Assembly: GCA_046537845.1 (NCBI GenBank)
Contig: JBKHKA010000004.1
Coordinates: 24,586-88,585, forward strand
Length of the DNA stretch: 64,000 nucleotides
DNA from: Candidatus Aenigmatarchaeota archaeon
Lineage (GTDB): Archaea > Thermoplasmatota > Thermoplasmata > Halarchaeoplasmatales > Halarchaeoplasmataceae
Direction: 5' to 3'
The position numbers and the translations under genes are program-made. Below the pieces are notes generated by a model, which worked only from the letters and a program-made list of their open reading frames with translations, was not told where the DNA came from and ran no database searches. This document shows positions 31,641-41,750 of the stretch, in pieces (the stretch's first letter is position 1; the number at the start of each line of letters is the position of its first letter).

Positions 31641-31835
31641 TTAAGTGGACCTCCTCCATTCTAGATTGATAAATGATGGCCCACTATATAGGTATTTTTA
31701 TCCTTATGGTAAGAGCTGGATGGTAGTTTTTTTGGTGGACGATATTTATTGTTTGATTACAGGGAAAAAAAACTCACCAATAACTTTATTTCACCCTTTC
31801 ATAATAAAGGAATAACTCTAAAAGGAGTGTTAGAT

Positions 31836-32234
31836 ATGGACAGGAAGATTAGAGTATTGATAGCGAAACCAGGGTTGGACGGGCACGATAGAGGGGCGAA
31901 GGTGGTGGCCCGGGCACTGAGAGATTCAGGCATGGAGGTCATATACACTGGTCTTCACCAGACGGCCGAACAGATCGTGGAGGCCGCGATCCAAGAAGAC
32001 GTTGACGTTATAGGATTATCGCTCCTTTCGGGCGCTCATATGACATTATTCCCCAAGGTTTTAGAGTTATTAGAAGAAAATGACGCTGAGGACATCATGG
32101 TCCTAGGGGGAGGCATAATACCAGAAGAAGACGAGGAAGAACTCAAGGAAATGGGGATAAGTGAAGTATTCGGACCTGGGACTCAGACGGATAAGATCGT
32201 TGACCACATCCGAGAGAACGTCGATACAGGGTAA
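31836..32234 (+). CDS. mcmB: Methylmalonyl-CoA mutase, small (B12-binding) subunit
   Basis: [23 protein letters not shown] is the B12-binding DxHxxG region. The ATG at 31836 is preceded by AAAGGAG. Length is 132 aa. Confidence 0.85.
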   Translation: MDRKIRVLIAKPGLDGHDRGAKVVARALRDSGMEVIYTGLHQTAEQIVEAAIQEDVDVIGLSLLSGAHMTLFPKVLELLEENDAEDIMVLGGGIIPEEDEEELKEMGISEVFGPGTQTDKIVDHIRENVDTG

Positions 32235-32245
32235 GGGCGGCAGAG

Positions 32246-33199
32246 ATGGCATCAAAGATAGTACCTCGAATCCTAAATGGCGATAGGAGGGCGGTAGCTA
32301 GACTTATGACGATGGTCGAAAATTTCGACCCAGAAGCTAAAAATGCCCTGGCCGAGTTGCATTCACATACGGGAAACGCCCACATAATCGGGATAACGGG
32401 CCCCCCAGGATCGGGGAAAAGCACTGTAGTTGACAAATTAGCCATGAATTTTAGAGAGAAAGGTATGAGTATTGGAATCATCGCAGTCGATCCCACCTCT
32501 CCCTTCACAGGAGGGGCCCTCCTCGGAGATAGGGTCAGGATGAGCGAAGTTTCCTCGGATAAGGAGGTGTTCATAAGGAGTATGGGGACGAGGGGGCACC
32601 TAGGAGGACTTGCGACCACGACCAATGAGATTATAAAGATACTAGATGCCTTCGGAAAGGATATCATACTGGTAGAAACCGTGGGGGCGGGACAGTCAGA
32701 GGTCGAAGTCGTTAAGACAGCGCACACCACCATAATCGTGGAGGTCCCAGGGTTAGGAGACGATATCCAGGCTATCAAGGCGGGCATATTAGAGATAGGA
32801 GATATATTCGTGGTCAATAAGGCAGATAGGAAGGGCGCTACAAATACAGCCCGGGAACTAGAAACGATGTTGGAGATGGGAAGGTCCGACGAGGGATGGA
32901 AACCTAAGATCATCAAGACAGTCGCCACGAAGAACGAAAACATAGCTGAACTGGCCGAGATCTTAGAGGAACATATGGATTATCTGAAAGAGAGCGGAGA
33001 ACTGGCCGATGTAGAAAAAGAAAAGACCCGGGAGGAATTTTTAGAGTTGCTGAGAGAAAAGATCAATTCCTATATTAAGGAATATACTGGCGAGAAAAAG
33101 ATCGACGAGACCGTCGAAAAGATTACAGAAGGTGAGATCGACCCTTATCGCGCCGCTGAAGAGCTGTGCGAGCCCCTAGATGAGGTCTCAGATGAATGA
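32246..33199 (+). CDS. meaB: Methylmalonyl-CoA mutase-associated GTPase MeaB/ArgK
   Basis: It has the P-loop GITGPPGSGKST and an NKAD G4 motif. Confidence 0.85.
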   Translation: MASKIVPRILNGDRRAVARLMTMVENFDPEAKNALAELHSHTGNAHIIGITGPPGSGKSTVVDKLAMNFREKGMSIGIIAVDPTSPFTGGALLGDRVRMSEVSSDKEVFIRSMGTRGHLGGLATTTNEIIKILDAFGKDIILVETVGAGQSEVEVVKTAHTTIIVEVPGLGDDIQAIKAGILEIGDIFVVNKADRKGATNTARELETMLEMGRSDEGWKPKIIKTVATKNENIAELAEILEEHMDYLKESGELADVEKEKTREEFLELLREKINSYIKEYTGEKKIDETVEKITEGEIDPYRAAEELCEPLDEVSDE

Positions 33200-33228
33200 A
33201 GTATGATCTCAAATTTCACTTCACTACA

Positions 33229-34908
33229 CTAATAGATCAAAGGTTCGTCGTACTCCCCAAAGACGTCCTTCAGCACCGAGGTGATCTCTCCTAAAGTTCC
33301 GTAAGCTTTGGCGCACTTCAAAATAGCGGGCATAGTGTTCTCATCTCCTTCCGCCACTTCTCTCAGGTTATCTAACGTCTCCTTGACTTTTTCGCTATCT
33401 CTCTCCTCTTTAAGCTTGTTCAACCGTTCGATCTGCCTGCGTTCTCCTTCCTCGTCCATCTCCAAGAGCGGTATCTCGATGTCCTCGTCCAACTCGTATT
33501 CGTTTACACCAACGACTGTCCTTTTATTCTCTTCAATCTCTTTCTGGTACTGGGCTGAAGCGTCCGCTATCTCTTTCTGGAAGAAACCTTTTTCTATCGC
33601 AGGGACTACACCTCCTAAACTCTCTATCTTGTCAAAGTACTTGTAGGCTTCTTCTTCCATATAGTCCGTCAACCATTCTACGTAGTAAGAACCCCCCAAT
33701 GGGTCGATAGTATTGGGGACTCCAGATTCGTGAGCTATAACTTGTTGGGTCCGCAGAGCCAATCTTACTGCCTTCTCCGAGGGAAGGGCTAAAGCCTCGT
33801 CCATCGAATTGGTATGGAGGGATTGAGTTCCTCCCATAACAGCCGCTAGTGCTTGTATCGTTACCCTGATGAGGTTCACCTCCGGCTGCTGCTCGGTAAG
33901 AGTGCATCCCGCGGTCTGGGTATGGAATCTCATCCACATAGAGCGTTCCTTTTCCGCCCCAAAAGTTTCCTTCATCTCTCTAGCCCATATCCTTCGAGCG
34001 GCTCTGTATTTGGCAATCTCTTCAAAAAGGTCATTATGGGCGTTGAAAAAGAAAGAGAGACGGGGGGCGAATTCATCAACATCTAGTCCTCTTTCCATGG
34101 CAGATTTCACGTATTCAAAACCGTCAGCGAGAGTAAACGCTAATTCCTGTATTGCCGTCGCTCCTGCCTCTCTGATGTGATACCCCGAGATGGAGATAGT
34201 ATTCCATTTGGGGACGTGCTTCGAACCGTACTCGAACGTATCTACGATCAGCCGCATGGAAGGCTCAGGGGGGAATATAAAAGACTTCTGAGCTATATAT
34301 TCCTTCAAGATATCGTTCTGTATGGTTCCTCTTAACTTCTCTTTAGGTACACCCTTTTTCTCCGCCATGGCTATATAAAAGGCCCAGAGTATGGAAGCAG
34401 GGCCGTTGATCGTCATAGAGGTGCTTATCTTCCCTGGGTCTATGCCATCGAAGAGTATCTCCATGTCTTTCAAAGAAGACACAGCAACTCCACATTTTCC
34501 AAATTCACCTTCAGCTTCCGGGTCGTCCGTGTCGTAACCGTATAAAGTGGGATAATCAAAAGCGATAGACAGTCCGGTTTCACCGTGGTCGAGGAGATAT
34601 TTGAACCTCTCGTTAGTTTCTTCAGCAGTTCCAAAACCCGAGAACTGACGCATTGTCCAGAGCCTACCTCGATACATCGTCGGGTGGATTCCTCGGGTGA
34701 ATGGATATTGACCCGGAAAATTCAAATCTTCCAGATAATCGTGGTCTTCTAGATCATCAGGAGTATAGAGTCGATCCACCGATTCGCTCGAAGTGGTGAT
34801 AAACTCATCTCTACGCTCAGGGTGTTTTTCTAAAACAGGATCTAAACATTCTTCCTTCCACTTCTCCTTCGCCTTCCTTACCTTCTTCTTGTCATACATC
34901 TTATCCAT
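33229..34908 (-). CDS. mcmA: Methylmalonyl-CoA mutase, large (catalytic, substrate-binding) subunit
   Basis: [24 protein letters not shown] and RFHTQTAG are MCM catalytic-barrel motifs. Length is 559 aa. Confidence 0.9.
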   Translation of the reverse strand: MDKMYDKKKVRKAKEKWKEECLDPVLEKHPERRDEFITTSSESVDRLYTPDDLEDHDYLEDLNFPGQYPFTRGIHPTMYRGRLWTMRQFSGFGTAEETNERFKYLLDHGETGLSIAFDYPTLYGYDTDDPEAEGEFGKCGVAVSSLKDMEILFDGIDPGKISTSMTINGPASILWAFYIAMAEKKGVPKEKLRGTIQNDILKEYIAQKSFIFPPEPSMRLIVDTFEYGSKHVPKWNTISISGYHIREAGATAIQELAFTLADGFEYVKSAMERGLDVDEFAPRLSFFFNAHNDLFEEIAKYRAARRIWAREMKETFGAEKERSMWMRFHTQTAGCTLTEQQPEVNLIRVTIQALAAVMGGTQSLHTNSMDEALALPSEKAVRLALRTQQVIAHESGVPNTIDPLGGSYYVEWLTDYMEEEAYKYFDKIESLGGVVPAIEKGFFQKEIADASAQYQKEIEENKRTVVGVNEYELDEDIEIPLLEMDEEGERRQIERLNKLKEERDSEKVKETLDNLREVAEGDENTMPAILKCAKAYGTLGEITSVLKDVFGEYDEPLIY

Positions 34909-35188
34909 CTCCTCTGGGCTTTCTCCTCGGACCTTCAGGTATCCTTGGTCATGAATCCGGGATTTAAGTTTAGAGCAGAACCAGGATATAAAAGAACCAA
35001 CATAAAGTTTTTGTTTGTTTTAGAATAAAATAAAGTATGCCCATAAACTATCCTCTCTTCGCAGGAAGTCCACATCACCAGTCCTGATTACATGCCTGCT
35101 ATCTTCGTCCTTTAAATGGATGTCAAAAAAGACATCTCTTCAGACATGCTTACTAAAATATATATACTCCTGTTTTATCTAATAAGAC

Positions 35189-35722
35189 TCAAAACTCGAT
35201 CCCCTTTCTTGCTTCAATACCCTCTTGATAAGGGTGCTTTATCTCCTTCATCTCTGTTACTAAGTCCGCCAACTCGATTATTTCCTCAGGGGCCTTCCTG
35301 CCCGTGAAAACTAGTTCCACTCCTTCGGGTGCATCTTCTACCAGATCCACTAGTTCCTCTAATGAGAGGAGATTAAAATGATGGGCAACGCAGATCTCGT
35401 CCGCTATAACAACATCGAATTTCCCAGAGTTCAATGCATCTTTTATCTTCTGTAAACCTCTTTTCGCCATTTTAATCTCTTCCTCCGATGGCGAATCGGT
35501 GACATGTAAACCCTCCTCACCATATTGTTCTAGGGTTATTTCCTCATCAAATCTCTCAAGTGCGATTTGCTCACCATATTCAGTCCCTTTCATAAACTGG
35601 CCAAAATAAATATTAAGATCTCTACCAGCAGCCCTCACCGCTAAACCTATGGCAGCAGTTGTTTTCCCTTTTCCATCGCCAGTATACACTTGGAACAAAC
35701 CAGGTCCTTTTTTTTCACTCAA
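35189..35722 (-). CDS. cobA: ATP:cob(I)alamin adenosyltransferase (CobA/CobO/BtuR type)
   Basis: QVYTGDGKGKTTAAIGLAVRAAG is a P-loop-like motif typical of CobA. Length is 177 aa. Confidence 0.8.
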   Translation of the reverse strand: MSEKKGPGLFQVYTGDGKGKTTAAIGLAVRAAGRDLNIYFGQFMKGTEYGEQIALERFDEEITLEQYGEEGLHVTDSPSEEEIKMAKRGLQKIKDALNSGKFDVVIADEICVAHHFNLLSLEELVDLVEDAPEGVELVFTGRKAPEEIIELADLVTEMKEIKHPYQEGIEARKGIEF

Positions 35723-36010
35723 ATCAAAGCACCTCTTTCTATTTCTGCTTGGGGTATGGGTTGTTGATTCATATATTTTTTGTTCTCAAAAGCCGCAAAA
35801 CGGCTAAAAAATATATATCCTTATTTCCCCTAACATCTATAAGTAGAATAATCACCCTTATTGCTTTACCTGTCTCTGATCTAGTTTTGGTTTTTGAGCC
35901 TACTTACAGCCTACTTACGATGATAGATAATACTGAACAAAGACTACCGAAGACCTTTTTTTTAACCAGCCTGCAAAAAAGATTTATAAGCAGTTTCAAT
36001 AAGGTCTATC

Positions 36011-36532
36011 ATGACGTTATACGAGTTCGAAGGGAGAAGACCCAATGTGGCCGATAGTGCATATGTAAGTGGGAGTGCAGAAGTTGTCGGTGATGTGACG
36101 ATCGGTGAGGACTGCTTCATAGGACCAGGTGCCAAGATAAAAGGGGATTACGGCACCGTGGTCATCGGAGATAATACGAACATACAAGAAAATTGTGTCG
36201 TTCACGCCAGACCTGGAAAGAAAACAGTTATAGGCGACTGGGTCACCATAGGGCACGGAGCGATAATCCACGGACCGGAGATCAAGGACTACGCGGTCAT
36301 CGGGATGGGAGCTATAATAAGTGATTTCGCAGTTATCGGCGAGTGGAGCGTCGTGGGAGAAGGAGCTTTAGTTACAAACGAGAAGGAGATACCTGATGAG
36401 AAGGTAGCCGTGGGCGTACCCGCTAAAATAGTGAAAGAGGTAGATGAAGAATACAAGAAAACGTGGCGAGAGTATAAAGAGATCTACAAGGAACTTTCGA
36501 CTCGATACGAAGAGAATCTGACTAAGTTGTGA
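36011..36532 (+). CDS. Gamma-class carbonic anhydrase / hexapeptide-repeat (LbH) protein
   Basis: It has left-handed beta-helix hexapeptide repeats and the His ligands of gamma-CA-like proteins (VHAR...HGAIIHG). Confidence 0.75.
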   Translation: MTLYEFEGRRPNVADSAYVSGSAEVVGDVTIGEDCFIGPGAKIKGDYGTVVIGDNTNIQENCVVHARPGKKTVIGDWVTIGHGAIIHGPEIKDYAVIGMGAIISDFAVIGEWSVVGEGALVTNEKEIPDEKVAVGVPAKIVKEVDEEYKKTWREYKEIYKELSTRYEENLTKL

Positions 36533-36628
36533 CCGAACTGTCTAGCAATCATTTGGTTATGTAGCATATTCTCTCCCCTGACCGCGAGGGACGAAAATTT
36601 TATTTAGTGCAGTAATATTGGCGACAAC

Positions 36629-37768
36629 ATGAACTTCGAACTGACCGATAATCAGAAGATGGTCCGTAATATGGTGAAAGATTTTGCAGAGAATGAGATC
36701 GAACCAGTAGCTGATGAATTGGATGAAGAAAGGGAATATCCTCACGAGATACTCGATAAGATGTCCGATCTCGGCCTTCTCGGGATCATGATCCCCGGGG
36801 AGTATGATGGAGCTGGGATGGATACCGTTAGCTTCGCCATAGTGATCGAGGAGATATCGAGAAAGTGTGCGGCTACTGGCGTTATAACCGAAGTCCATAA
36901 CTCATTGGTCGCCAGCCCTATAATGCATTATGGGACGGAAGAACAGAAAGAAAAATATTTACCGATGTTAGCGAACGGTGAAAAGATCGGTGGATTCGGC
37001 GGTACAGAACCGGACGCCGGGACTAATCTCGGTGCCATGCAGACTACCGCCGAGAAGGACGGCGACAAATACATAATCAATGGCCAGAAAACATTCATAA
37101 CCAGCGGCAGCGAAGCGGGGCTTTTTCTAATCTTCGCAGTGACCGACAAAAGCAAGGGTCGGAAGGGGATAAGTGCATTCATCGTCGAAAGCGATACGGA
37201 CGGATTTGAAGTAGGGGACGTTTTCGATAAGATGGGTATCCACGCCAATAAGGTTTCTGAGCTCTTCTTCGAAGATATGGAAGTTCCCGAGGAAAATCTG
37301 CTTGGAGAAGAGGGCGAGGGGTATAAGATAGCCCTCAGTGCCCTCGATCACGGGAGGATAGGGATAGGTGCTCAGGCTGTCGGGATCGCCCAGGCTGCTC
37401 TTGACGAAACCATCGAATACTCTCAACAGAGAGAGCAATTCGGTAAGCCTATATCTAATTTTCAAGCGATACAGTTCAAATTAGCCGACATGGAAACCAG
37501 GACTCAAGCTGCGAGGTTGCTCGTCTATAACGCCGCGGACGCTGCAGACCGTGGTGAAAGGTTCACGAAAGAGGCTTCTATGGCCAAGTTGTTCGCCTCT
37601 GAAGTGGCGATGGATGCCGCAGATGAAGGTGTCCAAATCCATGGAGGCTATGGTTATATAGAGGAATACAAGGTAGAGCAGCTCTTCAGGGACGCGAAGA
37701 TAACCGAAATTTATGAAGGTACTTCGGAAGCTCAAAAAATGGTGATCGCAAGAAGTCTTTTAAGTTGA
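36629..37768 (+). CDS. Acyl-CoA dehydrogenase (short/medium chain type)
   Basis: ELTDNQKMVRNMVKDFAE, the FAD/CoA-binding core and the C-terminal EIYEGTSEAQKMVIAR are all present. Confidence 0.9.
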   Translation: MNFELTDNQKMVRNMVKDFAENEIEPVADELDEEREYPHEILDKMSDLGLLGIMIPGEYDGAGMDTVSFAIVIEEISRKCAATGVITEVHNSLVASPIMHYGTEEQKEKYLPMLANGEKIGGFGGTEPDAGTNLGAMQTTAEKDGDKYIINGQKTFITSGSEAGLFLIFAVTDKSKGRKGISAFIVESDTDGFEVGDVFDKMGIHANKVSELFFEDMEVPEENLLGEEGEGYKIALSALDHGRIGIGAQAVGIAQAALDETIEYSQQREQFGKPISNFQAIQFKLADMETRTQAARLLVYNAADAADRGERFTKEASMAKLFASEVAMDAADEGVQIHGGYGYIEEYKVEQLFRDAKITEIYEGTSEAQKMVIARSLLS

Positions 37769-37769
37769 G

Positions 37770-38549
37770 GTGGTAGAGATGAATATTGCGGTCTGTGCGA
37801 AGGAAGTTGTCGACGTCTCTGAGATTAAGATAGATGAAAAAACGAATGAGCCTATCTTAGAGGGTATCTCAAGGGAAGTCAGCGATATAGAAAAAAGTGC
37901 TGTCGAGGAAGCTATAAAGATAAAAGAGGAGTACGGCGGAAAGATAACTGTTTTGACCGTTGGATCCGTGGAGAACATGGAGAATATCAAGGAGTTACTT
38001 GCCATGGGGGCAGACGAAGCGGTGATAATATATCCTCCTAGGGAAACTGATTATACGGTGGTGTCGGAGCTGTTAGCCGGTGCGATAAAAGAGATCGGCG
38101 ATATCGAACTAGTGCTGTGCGGTGAAGCCTCGATTGATCTGTTCTCTGGCCAGGTCGGTCCCAGGATAGCTGAATTACTCGATATCCCACAGGTTACTTA
38201 TGCCGAGAACCTTGAAGTTGAAGAAGAAAAGATAATTGGGGAAAGGGATGTCGGCGGAAACAAGGTCATGACGGTAGAATCACCTTATCCTGTGGTGGTC
38301 ACCGTGACCAAGGAGATAAACGAGCCGCGGTTACCGAGTCTTCAGGAGATTCTAGGGGCGGCGAATAAACCTATAAATGAATGGGAGCCGGAGGAATTCA
38401 TGGACCATGAGTTAGAACCTACCACTGAGACGAGGAACATAAGAGGAGTTTCTATGGAACGCAAGAACATGATATTTGATGAGGACGAACTTGAGGATTC
38501 TGTCAAAAAACTTGCCGAGAGCCTTGCCAAGGAAGGTCTACTGGGGTGA
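37770..38549 (+). CDS. etfB: Electron transfer flavoprotein, beta subunit
   Basis: MNIAVCAKEVVD matches the EtfB N-terminus. The probable ATG is at 37779. It lies 1 nt after the ACAD stop. Confidence 0.9.
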   Translation: MVEMNIAVCAKEVVDVSEIKIDEKTNEPILEGISREVSDIEKSAVEEAIKIKEEYGGKITVLTVGSVENMENIKELLAMGADEAVIIYPPRETDYTVVSELLAGAIKEIGDIELVLCGEASIDLFSGQVGPRIAELLDIPQVTYAENLEVEEEKIIGERDVGGNKVMTVESPYPVVVTVTKEINEPRLPSLQEILGAANKPINEWEPEEFMDHELEPTTETRNIRGVSMERKNMIFDEDELEDSVKKLAESLAKEGLLG

Positions 38550-38555
38550 AAAAAG

Positions 38556-39530
38556 ATGGTGTTGATATATTCCGACGACGAAGATATAACCAAAGAGTTG
38601 ATAGCTAAAGGAAAGGAGTTAGCGGATGAGAAAGGTAGTGGTAGTAAGGTTACTTCGGTAATCATCGGCGAAGAAGATGAAAGCGTAACTGATGAGTTAG
38701 CTAATGAGTTGATCCATCGTGGTTCCGATGAAGTCATCATCGCCAGTGCGGAGATAGACCAGTTCAAGGCAGAAGAGTACGCCCAGGTTTTGAACCAACT
38801 GGTAGAAAAGACCGATTCGGAGATCGTATTGATCGGTTCCGATAAGACCGGAAAGGAATTAGCCCCAAGACTGGCGGCAAAGCTAAAGACGGGCTGCGTG
38901 ACCGATTGCACGGACCTTTACTTTGAGGACGGAACCCTGATCACGGAGAGGATAGCTTACAGCGGAAACGCGGTCGCCGTACAAAATTTCATCTCAGAAC
39001 CTTACGTGCTGACGATCCCGGCGAAGAACTTCGATCCTCTGCCCAAGGACGAGGGTAGAGAAGGGGAGATAACTCGGGAAGAACTGGAAGTCATAGAGGC
39101 TGAGTCAAAAATCATAGATATCAAGGAAAAAGAGGGTGAGGCGGTCAACGTCGAGGATGCGGAGATAATAGTCTCCTGCGGTCGGGGTTTCGACAATAGG
39201 GAAGACCTCGACCTTGCAGAGGACCTTGCGGGAGTCCTCCAGGGAGGAACTATGGGTTGCTCCAGGCCGGTCGCTGCCGATCTTAAATGGCTGCCGGAGG
39301 ACCACTGGATAGGACTTTCGGGACACGAAGTGAAGCCCAATCTTTACGTGGCCATAGGGATATCGGGTCAGATCCAGCACATAGCAGGCATGCGTGATTC
39401 TGGGACTGTAGTTGCTATAAATAAGGACGAGGACGCGCCCATCTTTGAATCCGCCGATTATGGGATAGTGGGCGATCTCTACGAAGTCCTGCCGAAATTG
39501 GTCGAGGCGATAAACGAGGAAAGAGGCTGA
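38556..39530 (+). CDS. etfA: Electron transfer flavoprotein, alpha subunit
   Basis: VAIGISGQIQHIAGM matches the FAD-binding C-terminal domain. Confidence 0.9.
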   Translation: MVLIYSDDEDITKELIAKGKELADEKGSGSKVTSVIIGEEDESVTDELANELIHRGSDEVIIASAEIDQFKAEEYAQVLNQLVEKTDSEIVLIGSDKTGKELAPRLAAKLKTGCVTDCTDLYFEDGTLITERIAYSGNAVAVQNFISEPYVLTIPAKNFDPLPKDEGREGEITREELEVIEAESKIIDIKEKEGEAVNVEDAEIIVSCGRGFDNREDLDLAEDLAGVLQGGTMGCSRPVAADLKWLPEDHWIGLSGHEVKPNLYVAIGISGQIQHIAGMRDSGTVVAINKDEDAPIFESADYGIVGDLYEVLPKLVEAINEERG

Positions 39531-39632
39531 TAACGGCTGATCCTTGAATGGGCTCACTAGGTTAATTAATATTTGAACTCGAGGAGAACCATCACTTTAT
39601 CCTCTTCACCAATCTTAAATAATTGTAATCTA

Positions 39633-39656
39633 TACCACCTATGCAATCGAAGAGTT
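39633..39656 (+). promoter_or_regulatory. Candidate operator: TACCACCTATG box abutting an AATCGAAGAGTT box, 23-46 nt upstream of the thiolase ATG
   Basis: The same 11-mer, TACCACCTATG, recurs at 52957..52967. AATCGAAGAGTT recurs at 48890..48901, preceded by CACCCCTATTCAA at 48864..48876. Confidence 0.35.
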
Positions 39657-39678
39657 GATAGTTAAAGGAGAGATATAC

Positions 39679-40857
39679 ATGAAAAATGCTGTAATAGTTT
39701 CTGCTGTAAGAACACCGATCGGCAAATTTGGAGGAACCCTGAAGAACGTACGAGCCCCTAAACTGGGTAGTATAACGATCGACGAGGCGGTCGATAGAGC
39801 AGGGATAGAAAAAGGAGACGTTGACGAGGTACAGATGGGATTGGTTTTGTCGGCGGGCATGGGACAGAATCCGGCCCGTCAAGCCGCGCTTGAAGCTGAG
39901 ATCCCTGTAGATGTCGGAGCCGTGACTGTAAACAAGGTCTGCGGCTCAGGACTCAAGACCGTTATGAACGCCGCTAACAGCATCAAAGCCGGGGAGTATG
40001 AAACTATAGTTGCCGGAGGAATGGAAAATATGGATAAGGCTCCCTATATCTTGAGGAAGGCAAGATACGGCTACAGGATGAACGACGGGGACCTTGTCGA
40101 TGCGATGGTCTACGACGGGCTATGGGATTATTTCAACGATTTTCATATGGGTATAACCGGTGACAGGATAGCCGAAAGATTTGATTTGAGCAGAGAGGAT
40201 ATCGATAGATTCGCTCTCCGGAGTCATCAACTCGCTGCCGAAGCAAGGGAGGAGGGAAAATTTGATGATGAGATAGTGCCTGTAGAGGTTCCCCAGAGGA
40301 GAGGTGACCCGATTCTTTTTGAGGAAGACGAAGGTATACGGCCCGATACTTCGCTAGAACAACTCAGCAAACTTTCACCGGCTTTTCAAGAAGACGGATA
40401 TATCACCGCGGGAAATGCTTCACAGATTTCCGCTGGTTCTTCTGCTACAGTCGTGACGAGTGAGGAGAATGCAGAAGAAAAAGGAATCGAGCCCATGGCC
40501 AAGATAGTCGATTATTACACGTCTGGAGTTAAACCTGAGAACGTCATGGAAGCCCCTATACCCGGTATAAGAACAATCCTTGAGAGAAATGATCTTGACA
40601 TCGCTGATTTAGACTTGGTAGAGCATAACGAGGCTTTCGCCTCCGCTTCTGCAGCTATACAGAATGAATTCGAGATTCCTGATGAAAAATTAAACGTTCA
40701 CGGCGGAGCGGTAGCGTTGGGCCACCCCATAGGGTGCAGCGGAACCAGGATTTTGACCACTCTTCTCTATGCATTGAAACAGAGAGGGGGAGGAAGAGGT
40801 CTGGCAACCGCCTGCCTAGGCGGCGGAAATGCTGTCACGATGATTGTTGAGATGTGA
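39679..40857 (+). CDS. Acetyl-CoA C-acetyltransferase (thiolase II, bacterial type)
   Basis: MKNAVIVSAVRTPIGKF, NKVCGSGLK (active Cys) and the C-terminal GGGNAV are present. The ATG at 39679 is preceded by AAAGGAGAG. Confidence 0.9.
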   Translation: MKNAVIVSAVRTPIGKFGGTLKNVRAPKLGSITIDEAVDRAGIEKGDVDEVQMGLVLSAGMGQNPARQAALEAEIPVDVGAVTVNKVCGSGLKTVMNAANSIKAGEYETIVAGGMENMDKAPYILRKARYGYRMNDGDLVDAMVYDGLWDYFNDFHMGITGDRIAERFDLSREDIDRFALRSHQLAAEAREEGKFDDEIVPVEVPQRRGDPILFEEDEGIRPDTSLEQLSKLSPAFQEDGYITAGNASQISAGSSATVVTSEENAEEKGIEPMAKIVDYYTSGVKPENVMEAPIPGIRTILERNDLDIADLDLVEHNEAFASASAAIQNEFEIPDEKLNVHGGAVALGHPIGCSGTRILTTLLYALKQRGGGRGLATACLGGGNAVTMIVEM

Positions 40858-40897
40858 AGATTGAATACAAAATGGAATAGAAAAAGAGGTAGATAAA

Positions 40898-41749
40898 ATG
40901 GATATAGGAAAAATAGGAGTAGTCGGCGCGGGAACCATGGGTCACGGTATAGCACAGGTTTCAGCCGCTAATGGATATCAAGTGGTAATGAGAGACATCA
41001 AACAGGAATTTTTAGATAACGGCATGAAGGGGATAAAGAGATCGCTGTCTAAAGGAGTAGAAAAAGATAAGATCTCGGAAGAAGAGAAAGAGGAGATGCT
41101 GGAAAGGATCGAGACCACCCTCGAACTGGAGGACTTGAGCGATTGCGATCTCATCATAGAAGCGGTGGTAGAGGACTTCGATATAAAGAAAGATGTATTC
41201 AAGGAACTGGACGAACTGTGCGGTCCGGATACGATTTTTGCCTCTAATACCTCGACGATCCCGATAACTAAGATGGCTGGGATCACCGACAGGCCGGAGA
41301 AGTTCATCGGGATGCACTTCATGAACCCGGTCCCAAAGATGGCTCTTGTAGAGGTGATTCGATCACTGACCACTTCGGATGAAACCACGAATACCATAAT
41401 CTCCGTGGCTGAAGAGATGGGAAAAGAACCCGTGGAAGTGAACGATTCCCCCGGTTTCGTCTCTAACCGGGTCTTGATACCCATGATCAACGAGGCGATC
41501 TACTGCGTTCAGAACGGCATCGCTGACCCAGAAGATGTCGACAAAGTAATGAAACTAGGTATGAATCATCCCATGGGGCCGTTAGAATTAGGTGACCTGA
41601 TTGGTCTGGATACCGTACTCCATATAATGGAGGTCCTTTACGAAGAGTTCAACGACTCGAAGTATCGATCGTGTCCCCTCTTGAAGAAAAAGGTTAGAGC
41701 CGGAGAACTGGGTAGGAAGAGCGGAAAAGGATTTTACGACTACAGTTGA
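40898..41749 (+). CDS. hbd: 3-hydroxyacyl-CoA / 3-hydroxybutyryl-CoA dehydrogenase
   Basis: [16 protein letters not shown] is the NAD-binding Rossmann motif, in the HADH family. Confidence 0.9.
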   Translation: MDIGKIGVVGAGTMGHGIAQVSAANGYQVVMRDIKQEFLDNGMKGIKRSLSKGVEKDKISEEEKEEMLERIETTLELEDLSDCDLIIEAVVEDFDIKKDVFKELDELCGPDTIFASNTSTIPITKMAGITDRPEKFIGMHFMNPVPKMALVEVIRSLTTSDETTNTIISVAEEMGKEPVEVNDSPGFVSNRVLIPMINEAIYCVQNGIADPEDVDKVMKLGMNHPMGPLELGDLIGLDTVLHIMEVLYEEFNDSKYRSCPLLKKKVRAGELGRKSGKGFYDYS

Positions 41750-41750
41750 G

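Noticed and set aside
31390-31835. Possible cobalamin riboswitch upstream of the B12-binding MCM subunit
   Set aside because: I found no B12-box consensus (GCCACTG). The context is archaeal, where cobalamin riboswitches are not established. The structure is kept only as an unclassified structured spacer.
35116-35307. 63-aa + strand ORF overlapping the cobA 3' end
   Set aside because: It overlaps the well-supported minus-strand adenosyltransferase gene, and its translation is low-complexity.
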